Shown piece by piece: positions 1 through 9,003 of a DNA stretch of 40,526 bases. Position 1 is the first letter of the stretch, and every line of letters starts with the position of its first letter. Position numbers and translations under genes: made by a program. The DNA is from a candidate division WOR-3 bacterium (GTDB taxonomy: Bacteria; Hydrothermota; Tepidihabitantia; Tepidihabitantales; Tepidihabitantaceae). The stretch covers positions 1 to 40,526 of the forward strand of contig CBFGIY010000013.1 in assembly GCA_965648935.1 (NCBI GenBank), given 5' to 3'. The notes beneath the pieces were generated by a model. That model saw nothing but the letters and a program-made list of their open reading frames with translations. It had not been told where the DNA came from and ran no database searches.

Positions 1-330
1 ATGCACAGCTCCAGAGGCTTCTACACCAACCGGGCCTATGTCGGACCGGGCAGCGTGGTGCCGGGCACGGTCATCACCTGGTACGGCGACTCAAGCGCTT
101 TACCCGCAGGCTATGCTCTCTGCGACGGCGCGGCCAGGTTCACGACCCTGACGGGTGAGAGCGTCCTGACGCCCGACCTGCGCGGCAGTTTCTCTGTCGG
201 CATCGCGGGGCAGCCGGGCGCGGCCGACTTCGACCCCGGGGCTGTTTCACGCGCGTCGCTGAGTGCGGCCGCCGCTGTCGCGCCGGCAAAGCTGGGGCTG
301 TGGACGCTGATCCGCTCACGGGACTGGTAG
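1..330 (+). CDS. Phage tail-collar domain protein, probably 5'-truncated by the window edge
   Basis: VPGTVITWYG...LPAGYALCDG...TPDLRGSF matches the tail-collar pattern (P-G-x-I/V...P-x-G-W/Y-x-x-C-D-G...PDLRG-x-F). Confidence 0.75.
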   Translation: MHSSRGFYTNRAYVGPGSVVPGTVITWYGDSSALPAGYALCDGAARFTTLTGESVLTPDLRGSFSVGIAGQPGAADFDPGAVSRASLSAAAAVAPAKLGLWTLIRSRDW

Positions 331-440
331 CCGACCCTGCTGCATCAGGCGCCCGGAGTCCGGCCCGAACATCTGTCCTTCCGCCCGCTCGCTCGCCCCT
401 CCCTGACCCCAACCCTTTGCACTGACCTGTCCCCTCCTCC

Positions 441-468
441 TTGACTGGCCGCGCCTGTGGCCTATCCT
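441..468 (+). promoter_or_regulatory. Sigma70-like promoter for argF
   Basis: TTGACT(441-446), 16 bp, TATCCT(463-468); GGAG SD before ATG 504. Confidence 0.65.
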
Positions 469-503
469 GTCGCGCCCGCACAAGCACAGCAACCGGAGAG
501 ACT

Positions 504-1430
504 ATGACCAAAGACTTGACCTCGATTAACGACCTGTCCAGAACTGAACTGCTCGGACTGCTCGACCTCGCGACCGAACTCAAGGAGCAGCTTGAGAAGA
601 AGCCGCGCATCGACTCCGCGCCAGGCACCGTGGCCGCGCTGATCTTCGAGAAGCCGTCCCTGCGCACCCGCGTGACCTTCGAGGTGGCGATGCGCAACCT
701 CGGCGGCTCGGCCGTGTATCTCGGGCCTGCTGACATCGGGATGGGCAAGCGCGAAACGGTCGAGGACGTGGCGCGCAACCTGTCGCGCTGGGTGGATTGC
801 ATCATCGCCCGCGTGTTCGCCCACGGGACGATTGTCGAGCTGGCGCAGTACGCAAGCGTGCCCGTGGTGAACGCGCTCTGCGACCTTGAGCACCCGTGCC
901 AGATTCTGGCCGACCTCTTGACCGTGAAGGACCACCGCGGCTCGGTTGAAGGCGCGGTCATAGCATGGACCGGCGACGGCAACAACGTCTGCAATTCGCT
1001 GATGCTCGCCTGCACGATGGTCGGCGCGCACGTGCGCGTCGCCACGCCGAAGGGTTTCGAGCCGCCCGCCGCCATCGTCGCGAAGTCGCGGGAGTACGCC
1101 GCGCAGTCCGGCGCGCAACTTCTGCTCACTCACGACCCGCTCGAAGCCGCGCGCGGCGCCGACTTCCTCTACACCGACGTCTGGGCATCGATGGGCCAGG
1201 AAAACGAGGCGGCACAGCGCGCTCAGATTTTCCGGCCGTTCCAGCTCAACAAGGCACTGCTCGATGTCGCAGCCGCGGGTGCGAAGGTCCTGCACTGCCT
1301 GCCCGCTCACCGCGGCGAGGAGATATCGGCCGAGGTGCTGGACGGCCCCAGTTCCATAGTTCTTGACCAGGCCGAGAACCGGCTCCACGCCCAGCGAGCG
1401 CTGCTGCACCGGCTGCTCGGCAAAGCATAG
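504..1430 (+). CDS. argF: Ornithine carbamoyltransferase
   Basis: FEKPSLRTR carbamoyl-phosphate motif, HPCQ, GDGNNV, TDVWASMGQE, HCLPAHRGEE, DQAENRLH. Confidence 0.93.
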   Translation: MTKDLTSINDLSRTELLGLLDLATELKEQLEKKPRIDSAPGTVAALIFEKPSLRTRVTFEVAMRNLGGSAVYLGPADIGMGKRETVEDVARNLSRWVDCIIARVFAHGTIVELAQYASVPVVNALCDLEHPCQILADLLTVKDHRGSVEGAVIAWTGDGNNVCNSLMLACTMVGAHVRVATPKGFEPPAAIVAKSREYAAQSGAQLLLTHDPLEAARGADFLYTDVWASMGQENEAAQRAQIFRPFQLNKALLDVAAAGAKVLHCLPAHRGEEISAEVLDGPSSIVLDQAENRLHAQRALLHRLLGKA

Positions 1431-1448
1431 CTTGCCCGAGGAGGTAAG

Positions 1449-4169
1449 ATGAAAAAACTTGCAGTCCTGCTGCTGTTGTGCGCCGTCGCCGCCGCGGTTC
1501 CGCTCGGAATCGAGGCGCTGACCGAGACCGGCGCCGACGGCATCGAACGCACCTGGTACCGCATCAACACCGAAAGCGGCCCGCTCTTTGACCGGCCGAT
1601 AGAACGACCCGAAGTGCCCGTGCTGCGCTCCGACACCGGCGTGCTCTGGGTTGACCGCAACCATCGCTTCGGCATCGCCCAGTCGGTCGCCATCTCCAAT
1701 GACGGCTACCACATCTTCGCGAACTGGTACCTGAACGCCCAGCGCGCCTCGTACTACCGCACGCTCGGCACCGCGCTGCCGGTCTGGGAAAGCCCGGGCG
1801 ACTTCACCTGGGGCTACAACGGCGCCCAGATCGGCGTCTCGCGCGACGGCGGCACGATGACCCTTTCGTCGCTGACCGCGGCCCACAAATGGTCGAGCCA
1901 GAGCCGGTTTCCGGACTGGACATACCAGTACCCGGCCAGCGCCACCGGCTACAGCAAGACCAGCCGCAACGGCAACCGCGTCGTTACCTGCCAGAACGGC
2001 GTGCTGACAAGCATCCGCGCCCAGGACGGCCGCGTGCTGTGGTCTGTGCCCGTGCCCGAACCGGCCCGCTTGCAGGGCATCGACCTGTCGGACAACGGCC
2101 GCATCGTCGCAGTCACGGTCTATGATTCCTGCATCATCTTCGAGGACAGCCTGCGCCGGGGCGCCGTGCCCATCGGCACCTCGACGTCCGGCACCCAGTA
2201 CGCTGCCGCGCTGTCCGGCGACGGCTCGATACTGGCGACCGGCGACTTCTACGGGATGTTCAAGCTCTACCGCTGGGACGGCTCGAACTACAACCTGCGT
2301 TACAGCGTCCAGGTCGGCACGCCCTGGGTCGCGGGTGTTGCGGTTTCGCGCGACGGCTCGCGCGCCGCGTGCGGCACCGGCTACGGCAATGGCAAGCTGT
2401 GGGTGTTCGACTCCAGCTCGTCCACGCCGGTGATGACCTACCAGAACTACGGCGCGACCGGCGCCTATGTCGCCTGCGTCGCTCTCTCGGCGGACGGAAG
2501 CCGGGTCGCGGCCGCGTCGTGGGGCGACATCGCGCCCTCGGGCGACTTCCGCGTGTTCACGGTTCACAATGTCGGCGACACCGCGCCGCTCGTGGCCATC
2601 ACCCGCAACGACGAACCGGGCTCGCTGTTCTCCTGCGACATCTCTGACGACGGCCAGTTCGCCTGCGCGTCGGGCAAGGCGGTGCACGCCGGCCAGATGG
2701 GCAACGGCGGCCAGGTCTACGCCGTGCTCATCGGCGCGTCCGACTCTGTCAACGCCGGCACCCGCGCCATCATCGCGCCTGGCCGCTACCTGCAGACCGG
2801 CACGCCTGTCACCCCGCGCGCCGAGGTGCAGAACTACGGCGACAACACAGTATCCATCCCGGTCGGCATCACCATCCGCAATTCGGCCGACAGCATCGTC
2901 TACCGCGACAGCGCAATCGCGCCCGACGTGGCGCCCGGCGCCGCGGCCGCTGTGAGCTTCCGGCAGTGGACCCCGGATGCGTGGTCGCTGTACAACTGCC
3001 GCGTGTTCACCCGACTGCCCGGCGACGGTTACGCCGGCGACGACACGCTGGCAATGGCCTCGCGCTGCTTCCACGACGGCAGGCCCGTGCTCCTGAGCCC
3101 GCCCTACGCTGAGATGAGCGTCAACCGCGCTTTCGCGCCCCGCGCGGTCGTGACCAACTCCGGATCATATGCCGACGCCATCAACTGCCGCCTCACTGTC
3201 ACCGACTCGGCCGGCGCCGTGGTCTACCAGGACTCGGCCCGGTCAGGCAACCTCGCCCCGGATGACAGCGCCGCGGTCGAATTCACGGCCTGGTCACCGG
3301 ACGCGGTCGGGCCCTACACCGCGACCCTGGCCGCCAGCGCCTCGGACGACTTCCTGCCCGGCAACGACTCGCTGAGCTGGCCCTTCGCCGTGACCTACGA
3401 AATCATCTACGACGATGGCTCAGCCGAGGCCTACTACTGGGTCGGCCGGCGCGACAACGACAAGTTCTACGTGCGCTGCTCACCCACGCTCAACCCGCCC
3501 TTCGCAGTAACCGGCGGCCGCATCTACCTCAACCTGGCCAACACGCCTCTCGAGTACGTCGCGCTCTGTCCGGATCGCGCCGGGATGCCCGACACCACCA
3601 ACCTCCTCGATATCGCGTACAACATCAGCGTGCCTGTCGGGCCGGCCTGGGCCGAGTTCCAGTTCGACGTCACGCGCGCCACGGTCGAGGACTTCTGGCT
3701 CGTCGCCCGCTGGCCCGACAACTCGCCCGGTCTGGGAGTCGGCGCCGACGGCACGCCGCCGGTCGAACTGCGCTCGTACTTCTCATCGAACCAGGACCCG
3801 TTCCGCCAGTGGACCACGCATGACTGGATGATGCGCGTGATGCAGTCGCCCACGGTCGGCGCGGCCGAGCCGGCGACCGCGGCGCGCCGGCTCGCATTCG
3901 AGCGCATCGCGCCCAACCCGGTGCGCGGCCGCTGCCGCTTCACGATCAGCGCGCCCGGCCCGGGCCGCTACGAGCTGCTCGTGTTCGACAACACCGGCCG
4001 GCTCGTGGCCCGGCCTCTTGACGCCGAGCGCGGCGCCGGAGTCCACCAGGTCGCCTGGTCCTCAGCCGACAACGAAGGCAAGGCCCTGCCGCCCGGCGTG
4101 TACTTCGCCCGGCTCATCGACCACGCCCGTTCCGCTGCGGTCGGCCGCAAGTTCGTCGTGACCCGTTAG
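1449..4169 (+). CDS. Secreted beta-propeller + CARDB-like protein with FlgD-Ig/T9SS-type C-terminal domain
   Basis: GAGGAGG SD; signal peptide MKKLAVLLLLCAVAAA; repeated xSxDG blades; two PRAxVxNxG...D...NDS/DDT Ig modules; C-terminus PNP...VFDNTGRLV...PGVYFARL...KFVVTR. Confidence 0.8.
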   Translation: MKKLAVLLLLCAVAAAVPLGIEALTETGADGIERTWYRINTESGPLFDRPIERPEVPVLRSDTGVLWVDRNHRFGIAQSVAISNDGYHIFANWYLNAQRASYYRTLGTALPVWESPGDFTWGYNGAQIGVSRDGGTMTLSSLTAAHKWSSQSRFPDWTYQYPASATGYSKTSRNGNRVVTCQNGVLTSIRAQDGRVLWSVPVPEPARLQGIDLSDNGRIVAVTVYDSCIIFEDSLRRGAVPIGTSTSGTQYAAALSGDGSILATGDFYGMFKLYRWDGSNYNLRYSVQVGTPWVAGVAVSRDGSRAACGTGYGNGKLWVFDSSSSTPVMTYQNYGATGAYVACVALSADGSRVAAASWGDIAPSGDFRVFTVHNVGDTAPLVAITRNDEPGSLFSCDISDDGQFACASGKAVHAGQMGNGGQVYAVLIGASDSVNAGTRAIIAPGRYLQTGTPVTPRAEVQNYGDNTVSIPVGITIRNSADSIVYRDSAIAPDVAPGAAAAVSFRQWTPDAWSLYNCRVFTRLPGDGYAGDDTLAMASRCFHDGRPVLLSPPYAEMSVNRAFAPRAVVTNSGSYADAINCRLTVTDSAGAVVYQDSARSGNLAPDDSAAVEFTAWSPDAVGPYTATLAASASDDFLPGNDSLSWPFAVTYEIIYDDGSAEAYYWVGRRDNDKFYVRCSPTLNPPFAVTGGRIYLNLANTPLEYVALCPDRAGMPDTTNLLDIAYNISVPVGPAWAEFQFDVTRATVEDFWLVARWPDNSPGLGVGADGTPPVELRSYFSSNQDPFRQWTTHDWMMRVMQSPTVGAAEPATAARRLAFERIAPNPVRGRCRFTISAPGPGRYELLVFDNTGRLVARPLDAERGAGVHQVAWSSADNEGKALPPGVYFARLIDHARSAAVGRKFVVTR

Positions 4170-4181
4170 CCGGCATCCGGC

Positions 4182-4222
4182 AGAACCGGAGGGCGGCGCT
4201 TGCTTGCCCTCCGGTTCTTTTT
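4182..4222 (+). terminator. Intrinsic terminator overlapping the trxB promoter
   Basis: 13-bp stem AGAACCGGAGGGC(4182-4194)/GCCCTCCGGTTCT(4206-4218) followed by a T run. Confidence 0.75.
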
Positions 4223-4231
4223 CTCTAGAAT
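4204..4231 (+). promoter_or_regulatory. Promoter for probably leaderless trxB
   Basis: TTGCCC(4204-4209), 16 bp, TAGAAT(4226-4231); ATG 7 nt later at 4239, no SD. Confidence 0.55.
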
Positions 4232-4238
4232 GCTCGCG

Positions 4239-5162
4239 ATGAACGCACCCGACATACTCGTCATCGGCGCTGGCCCGGCCGGGCTTACCGCCGGACTCTA
4301 CGGCGCGCGCTCGGGCCACGCCACGGTCGTGCTCGAGCGGGCCCTGCCCGGCGGCCAAGTGGCGCTGACTTCCGAAGTCGAGAACTATCCCGGGTTCGCC
4401 GAGCCGATCGAGGGCACCGCCCTGACTCAGGCAATGGAGGCCCAGGCCCGCCGGTTCGGCTGTGCCATCGAGACCGCGGAGGTGTCAGGCATCAGCGCCG
4501 GCCCCGAAGGCATCGCGGTCGCCACGACCGCGGGCGAGTACCGGCCCCGCACCGCCATCATCGCCTCGGGCGTGATGTCCAAACAGCTCGGGCTCGAGCG
4601 GGAAAACGAACTGCGCGGCCGGGGCGTGTCCTACTGCGCGGTCTGCGACGGCCCGCTGTTTCGCGGCCGCGAGGTTGCGGTGGTCGGCGGCGGCGATTCG
4701 GCCCTCGACGAAGCGCTCTACCTTGCCAACATCTGCTCGCGCGTGCACCTCGTGCACCGCCGCGACGAGTTCCGCGGCAGCCGCCACGCCCAGGACCGGG
4801 TGCGCGCGCGCAGCAACATCACGCTCCACCTCTCATCGCTGGTCACCGCCCTGCGCGGCGAGAAGCGGCTCGAATCCATCGACCTCACCTCGCGCAAGGA
4901 CGGCAGCGTCACCAGTCTTGCCGTGACCGGGCTTTTCATCTATGTCGGCTCCGTGCCCAACACGACGTGGTGCGAAGGCGTTGTCCGGCTTGACGAACAG
5001 GGCTTTGTAATCACCGACGACCGGCTGCGCACCGGCGTGCCCGGTCTGTTCGCGGCCGGCGACGTCCGCGTGACCCCGCTGCGCCAGATTGCCACCGCCG
5101 TGGCCGACGGCGCGCTCGCCGCGATGTCGGCTCACGACTACCTGAGCGAAACTGCGCGCTAG
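4239..5162 (+). CDS. trxB: Thioredoxin-disulfide reductase
   Basis: GAGPAG FAD motif, VENYPGF, GRGVSYCAVCDG (CxxC), GGGDSA, HRRDEFR, FAAGDVR. Confidence 0.95.
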   Translation: MNAPDILVIGAGPAGLTAGLYGARSGHATVVLERALPGGQVALTSEVENYPGFAEPIEGTALTQAMEAQARRFGCAIETAEVSGISAGPEGIAVATTAGEYRPRTAIIASGVMSKQLGLERENELRGRGVSYCAVCDGPLFRGREVAVVGGGDSALDEALYLANICSRVHLVHRRDEFRGSRHAQDRVRARSNITLHLSSLVTALRGEKRLESIDLTSRKDGSVTSLAVTGLFIYVGSVPNTTWCEGVVRLDEQGFVITDDRLRTGVPGLFAAGDVRVTPLRQIATAVADGALAAMSAHDYLSETAR

Positions 5163-6084
5163 CTTTCTCGCCGTTCTGCTTGTCGTCCTTGCTGGGTTGG
5201 CCCGGGCCCAGCCGACCCTGCCGCCGCCCGAGACAGGCCTCGAGCCGGAGAGTCTCGGCACGGTCATCCGTCGCGACATCGCGGCCCTCGCCGCGCCCGA
5301 GTGGCGGCTGGGCATTGCGGTGCGGCCGCTCGAAGAGGACACCTTTGTTTTCGCTCACCAGCCCGACTCGGCCCTGATGCCGGCCTCCAATATGAAGATA
5401 CTGGTCACGGCCGCGGCTCTGCTCGACTGGGACTCGCTGCTCGTTGCCCGGCTCGACAGCCAGCTCACCCGATCGAAGACGCCTCTGCACGCGCGGGTGC
5501 TCTCTGACTCGGCATTCGCCGACTCGCTCGGCGCGTTTGACCGGCCTGACCTGCCGGGCAACCGTCTCCTCGTGCTGGCCAACCGCCGCAGCGACAACGA
5601 GGTCGCCAACTGGCTGCTCGAAGCCGTCGCCCGGCGCGCCGACCTGCCGCGCCAGGACGCGCTCGAACTGGCCCTGGTCCGGCTCGGTGCCCCGACCGAC
5701 GGCCTGGTCGTGGCCGACGGCAGCGGCCTGTCGCGCCGCAACCGCATCTCGCCGTCAACCATAGTCGCGGTCCTCGCCGGAGTCAGTCGGCAGCCCTTCA
5801 GCGAAGCATTCCGCGCAAGCCTCGCCCAGCCGGGCAACACCGGCACCCTGCGCTGGCGCCGCTTTCTCTACCCGCAGACCCTGCGGGCCAAGACCGGCTA
5901 CATCAACGGCGTGTTTGCACTGTCCGGCTACCTCGCCGCACCGCACCGCGACTATGCCTTTTCCTTCGTGGTGAACAACTGCCAGAGCGGTACGCTGGCC
6001 TACCGGCTGTTCGATGCGCTGCTCGCCGACGTCTACCTCTGGGATGCCGCCCGGATGATGACCGGCGGCAGCGGCCGGAACTAG
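5152..6084 (+). CDS. Compact D-Ala-D-Ala carboxypeptidase/endopeptidase (peptidase S13, DacB/PBP4-like); start uncertain (CTG 5152 or TTG 5197)
   Basis: PASNMK (SxxK), SDN (SxN), DGSGLSRRNRISP, AKTG, ALSGY. Confidence 0.8.
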   Translation: MRASFLAVLLVVLAGLARAQPTLPPPETGLEPESLGTVIRRDIAALAAPEWRLGIAVRPLEEDTFVFAHQPDSALMPASNMKILVTAAALLDWDSLLVARLDSQLTRSKTPLHARVLSDSAFADSLGAFDRPDLPGNRLLVLANRRSDNEVANWLLEAVARRADLPRQDALELALVRLGAPTDGLVVADGSGLSRRNRISPSTIVAVLAGVSRQPFSEAFRASLAQPGNTGTLRWRRFLYPQTLRAKTGYINGVFALSGYLAAPHRDYAFSFVVNNCQSGTLAYRLFDALLADVYLWDAARMMTGGSGRN

Positions 6085-6479
6085 GGCGTTACCCGGACAA
6101 ACCGCGCCGCCGACCAGTCCGAGAACAGCGGCGCCATGTCGTGACACCGTGCCCGCACGGCGAAACTGTCGGCACGCCGGTACACGTGGTCGAACAGCAG
6201 AGTCTGACCCGACAGCGCGAACTCGCCGTAGTCGGCAGTGTCGCCGTCGCCCCACGCCACGAACACCCGCACCCGGTCGCCGTCCGGGTCATAGCCCTCG
6301 ACCTTGACAACGACCTGCTGGCCGACGAGAGCCTCGGCCGGCCAGTCGACGATCGCACAGGTCGGCCGGCGATTGACCGAGGGCGGCGGCGCCACGTCGC
6401 AGGCGCACGCTGCCGCGCACGCGAGCGCGGCCAGCGCGCATCGCCCGCGCGACCTGAACAGCTTCTCAGCGCCTCTCAT
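6081..6479 (-). CDS. Small PKD-domain lipoprotein
   Basis: Lipobox-like AAACAC; DPDGD...WGDG PKD signature; ends SDWS. Confidence 0.7.
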   Translation of the reverse strand: MRGAEKLFRSRGRCALAALACAAACACDVAPPPSVNRRPTCAIVDWPAEALVGQQVVVKVEGYDPDGDRVRVFVAWGDGDTADYGEFALSGQTLLFDHVYRRADSFAVRARCHDMAPLFSDWSAARFVRVTP

Positions 6480-7878
6480 CAGACGTACCGATGAGCCTCA
6501 GGCCCCGCACCCGCTGGAACCACGTGACGACCTTCAGGGTTCCGTCAATGGTGTTCGGTCCGAGCGACTTGACCAGCGCATAGTATCCGTCGGACGTGTA
6601 CGCCGCGCAGTAGGACACGAACGCGCTGACATCAACCGCGCTCTGGTACAGCAGCGAGTCGTACTGGGGCAGCGGCTCGTGGCCGCCGAACAGGCCGAGC
6701 AGACCGGTGGCGCGCCACGCGCCCTGCGGCACGACACCGCCCGGATCCAGGGGCCCGCGGGCCGCGCTGGCCAGATAGTAGGTGGGCCCGAGCCAGCCCG
6801 GCGTGAAGTCGGTGAAGTACAGGTCGGCGCGGGCCATGCCGCCGCTGTCGCGCATCGACACAGGCCGGGCCAGGCCGGTCTGCGAATCCCAGCCGACCCC
6901 GGCGTTCAGCGTCGTGTTCAGCTCGCCGACCACCAGGGTGTCGGTGTATATCGGCAGCGTGCTCAGCGTTTCGGCCGAAAAGATCTCGAGCCCGCTGCCG
7001 CGGGCGGAAACGAGATACTCGCCGGTCGAACCGGCCGGGTCGTGAATGAAGCTCTGCCCGCTCACCGCGTCGACCATCACGAAGCCGGTCATCCCGGACC
7101 GGCGGAACCAGATGCCGTATCGGACCGAGTCGCTGTTGCGCCCCCGGTTCCAGCGCAGCCGGACGTAGACCCCGGCATAGGCGCTCAGTTCGAGACTGCA
7201 CGGCGCGGCAAGCGGCCAGGGCACCACATCGATCACGGCGGTGTCCGACCAGGGGCTGGCGTTGCCCGCGGCGTCCAGAGCGCGCACGCGCAGGGTTCGC
7301 CGTCCCGGCCGCACGAAGCTGCGCACGATGCTGGCCGGCGCGCCGGCCGGCACGAACGCAGAGCGAATCGTGAGCGAATCGCTCCACGCGAACTCGCAGG
7401 CGACGCTCTCGCCCCGCACGTGGCCCGCGGCCGTTGTGAAAGTGTACCCCGTATCAACGAACGCCCGCTCAGGGCCCGCAGGCCGCTCTGGCACGAGCGG
7501 CCCGGCGAAAGCCACAACCACAGGCAGCGGGTCGGACCACTCCGACTCGCCGTCTCGACCGTCGGCAAGCTGTGCCCTGACCTCGTAGCCGCCCGGCCCG
7601 GCGAACACATGCCAGTGCCGGAACGCCTCGCCGCTCGGCAGCTGCGGGCTCCAGCCCGACTGCGAACCATCGCCCCAGTCGAACCGGAACGAGACAGTGC
7701 CGACCCGACGCGGTACGACAGCGACGAACCACAGGGTGTCCCCGGGCTGGCCCTGTCCTGTTCCGCTGATGCCGGGCGCGGGCAGCGGTGCTTCATCGCA
7801 GACCAGCAGCAACACGGCCAGCAAGGCACAACGAGCAACAATGCCCGCCCAGGCCACGCGCGCGCGTCCTCTTTGCAC
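6466..7878 (-). CDS. Multi-PKD/Ig-domain lipoprotein (true 3' part of the 999-aa ORF in the track)
   Basis: GTG 7878 gives MQRGRARVAWAGIVARCALLAVLLLVC (lipobox); FDWGDG...SEWS repeats; upstream part of the track ORF is the antisense shadow of gap/pgk. Confidence 0.75.
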   Translation of the reverse strand: MQRGRARVAWAGIVARCALLAVLLLVCDEAPLPAPGISGTGQGQPGDTLWFVAVVPRRVGTVSFRFDWGDGSQSGWSPQLPSGEAFRHWHVFAGPGGYEVRAQLADGRDGESEWSDPLPVVVAFAGPLVPERPAGPERAFVDTGYTFTTAAGHVRGESVACEFAWSDSLTIRSAFVPAGAPASIVRSFVRPGRRTLRVRALDAAGNASPWSDTAVIDVVPWPLAAPCSLELSAYAGVYVRLRWNRGRNSDSVRYGIWFRRSGMTGFVMVDAVSGQSFIHDPAGSTGEYLVSARGSGLEIFSAETLSTLPIYTDTLVVGELNTTLNAGVGWDSQTGLARPVSMRDSGGMARADLYFTDFTPGWLGPTYYLASAARGPLDPGGVVPQGAWRATGLLGLFGGHEPLPQYDSLLYQSAVDVSAFVSYCAAYTSDGYYALVKSLGPNTIDGTLKVVTWFQRVRGLRLIGTSDERR

Positions 7879-7884
7879 GTCTAC

Positions 7885-7913
7885 AACGTAACTGCCGCTC
7901 CCGGCGATGTCAA
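7885..7913 (-). promoter_or_regulatory. Promoter for leaderless PKD lipoprotein gene
   Basis: Minus strand TTGACA(7913-7908), 17 bp, TACGTT(7890-7885); GTG 6 nt downstream. Confidence 0.6.
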
Positions 7914-7937
7914 TCCGGCGCCGCAGCCTGGCGACTC

Positions 7938-7965
7938 TTGACTGCCTGCGCCGGCAGGATATGCT
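7938..7965 (+). promoter_or_regulatory. Promoter for the gap operon
   Basis: TTGACT(7938-7943), 16 bp, TATGCT(7960-7965); AAGGAGG SD before TTG 7996. Confidence 0.7.
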
Positions 7966-7995
7966 CAACTCAGGCAACCACCCAAGGAGGACATC

Positions 7996-9003
7996 TTGGC
8001 TGTTCGCATTGCAATCAATGGCTTCGGCAGAATCGGGCGCCTCGTCGCCCGCAACACGGCCCGGCACGCCGAACTCGAGCTGGTCGGCATCAACGACGTG
8101 ACCGATGCCGCGACCCTCGGCCACCTGCTGAAGTACGACTCGGTCCACGGCATGTTCGCCGATGTCGCGGTCGATGGCGACAGCATCGTCATTGCCGGAC
8201 GCCGCGCCCGGGTCAGCGCCGTGCGCAACCCGGTTGAGCTTCCCTGGAAGGAACTGGGCGTCGACATCGTCTTCGAATGCACCGGCCTTTTCACGGCGTA
8301 CGACAAGGCAGCCGGCCACCTCGCGGCCGGAGCCCGCAAGGTGATCATTTCGGCACCGCCGAAAGGCGACAAGCCGGTCAAGTCTCTGGTCATGGGCGTC
8401 AATCACACGACTTACGACCCCGGGACCGACCACATCGTGTCCAACGCCTCGTGCACCACCAACTGCGTCGTGCCCGTGGCCAAGGTCATCCACGAGAACT
8501 TCCGGATAGAACGAGCCTACATGACCACGGTTCACGCCTACACCAACGACCAGGCCCTGCTCGACGGTCCGCACAAGGACCTGCGCCGCGCGCGCGCCGG
8601 AGCGCTGTCGATGATCCCCACCTCGACCGGCGCGGCCAAGCTCATCGCGGTCATCTTCCCCGAACTCAAAGGCAAGATCGACGGCACCGCAATCCGCGTG
8701 CCCACGCCCGACGTGTCCCTCGTTGACCTGGCCTGCAGCGTGCAGCAGTCGACCGACGCCGATGCCGTGAACGCCGCGTTCAGGGCCGCGGCCGAAGGCC
8801 CGCTCAAGGGCATCCTGCAGTATGAGACCGCGCCGCTGGTGTCGATCGACATGACCGGCAACCCGCACTCGGCCATCCTCGATGCGAAGATGACGACCGT
8901 GGTCGACGGCAGGCTGGTCAAGGCATTCGCCTGGTACGACAACGAGTATGGCTACTCCTGCCGACTCGTCGATCTTGCCTGCTATATCGCCGGACGTCTC
9001 TAG
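7996..9003 (+). CDS. gap: Glyceraldehyde-3-phosphate dehydrogenase, type I
   Basis: INGFGRIGR, SNASCTTNC, PTSTGAAK, WYDNEYGYS. Confidence 0.97.
   Translation: MAVRIAINGFGRIGRLVARNTARHAELELVGINDVTDAATLGHLLKYDSVHGMFADVAVDGDSIVIAGRRARVSAVRNPVELPWKELGVDIVFECTGLFTAYDKAAGHLAAGARKVIISAPPKGDKPVKSLVMGVNHTTYDPGTDHIVSNASCTTNCVVPVAKVIHENFRIERAYMTTVHAYTNDQALLDGPHKDLRRARAGALSMIPTSTGAAKLIAVIFPELKGKIDGTAIRVPTPDVSLVDLACSVQQSTDADAVNAAFRAAAEGPLKGILQYETAPLVSIDMTGNPHSAILDAKMTTVVDGRLVKAFAWYDNEYGYSCRLVDLACYIAGRL

Noticed and set aside
462..3074. 870-aa minus-strand ORF, and similar long ORFs at 6304+, 9390-, 14978+, 19679+, 30989+ and 37859+
   Set aside because: Antisense shadows of well-supported genes in high-GC DNA; no recognisable motifs.
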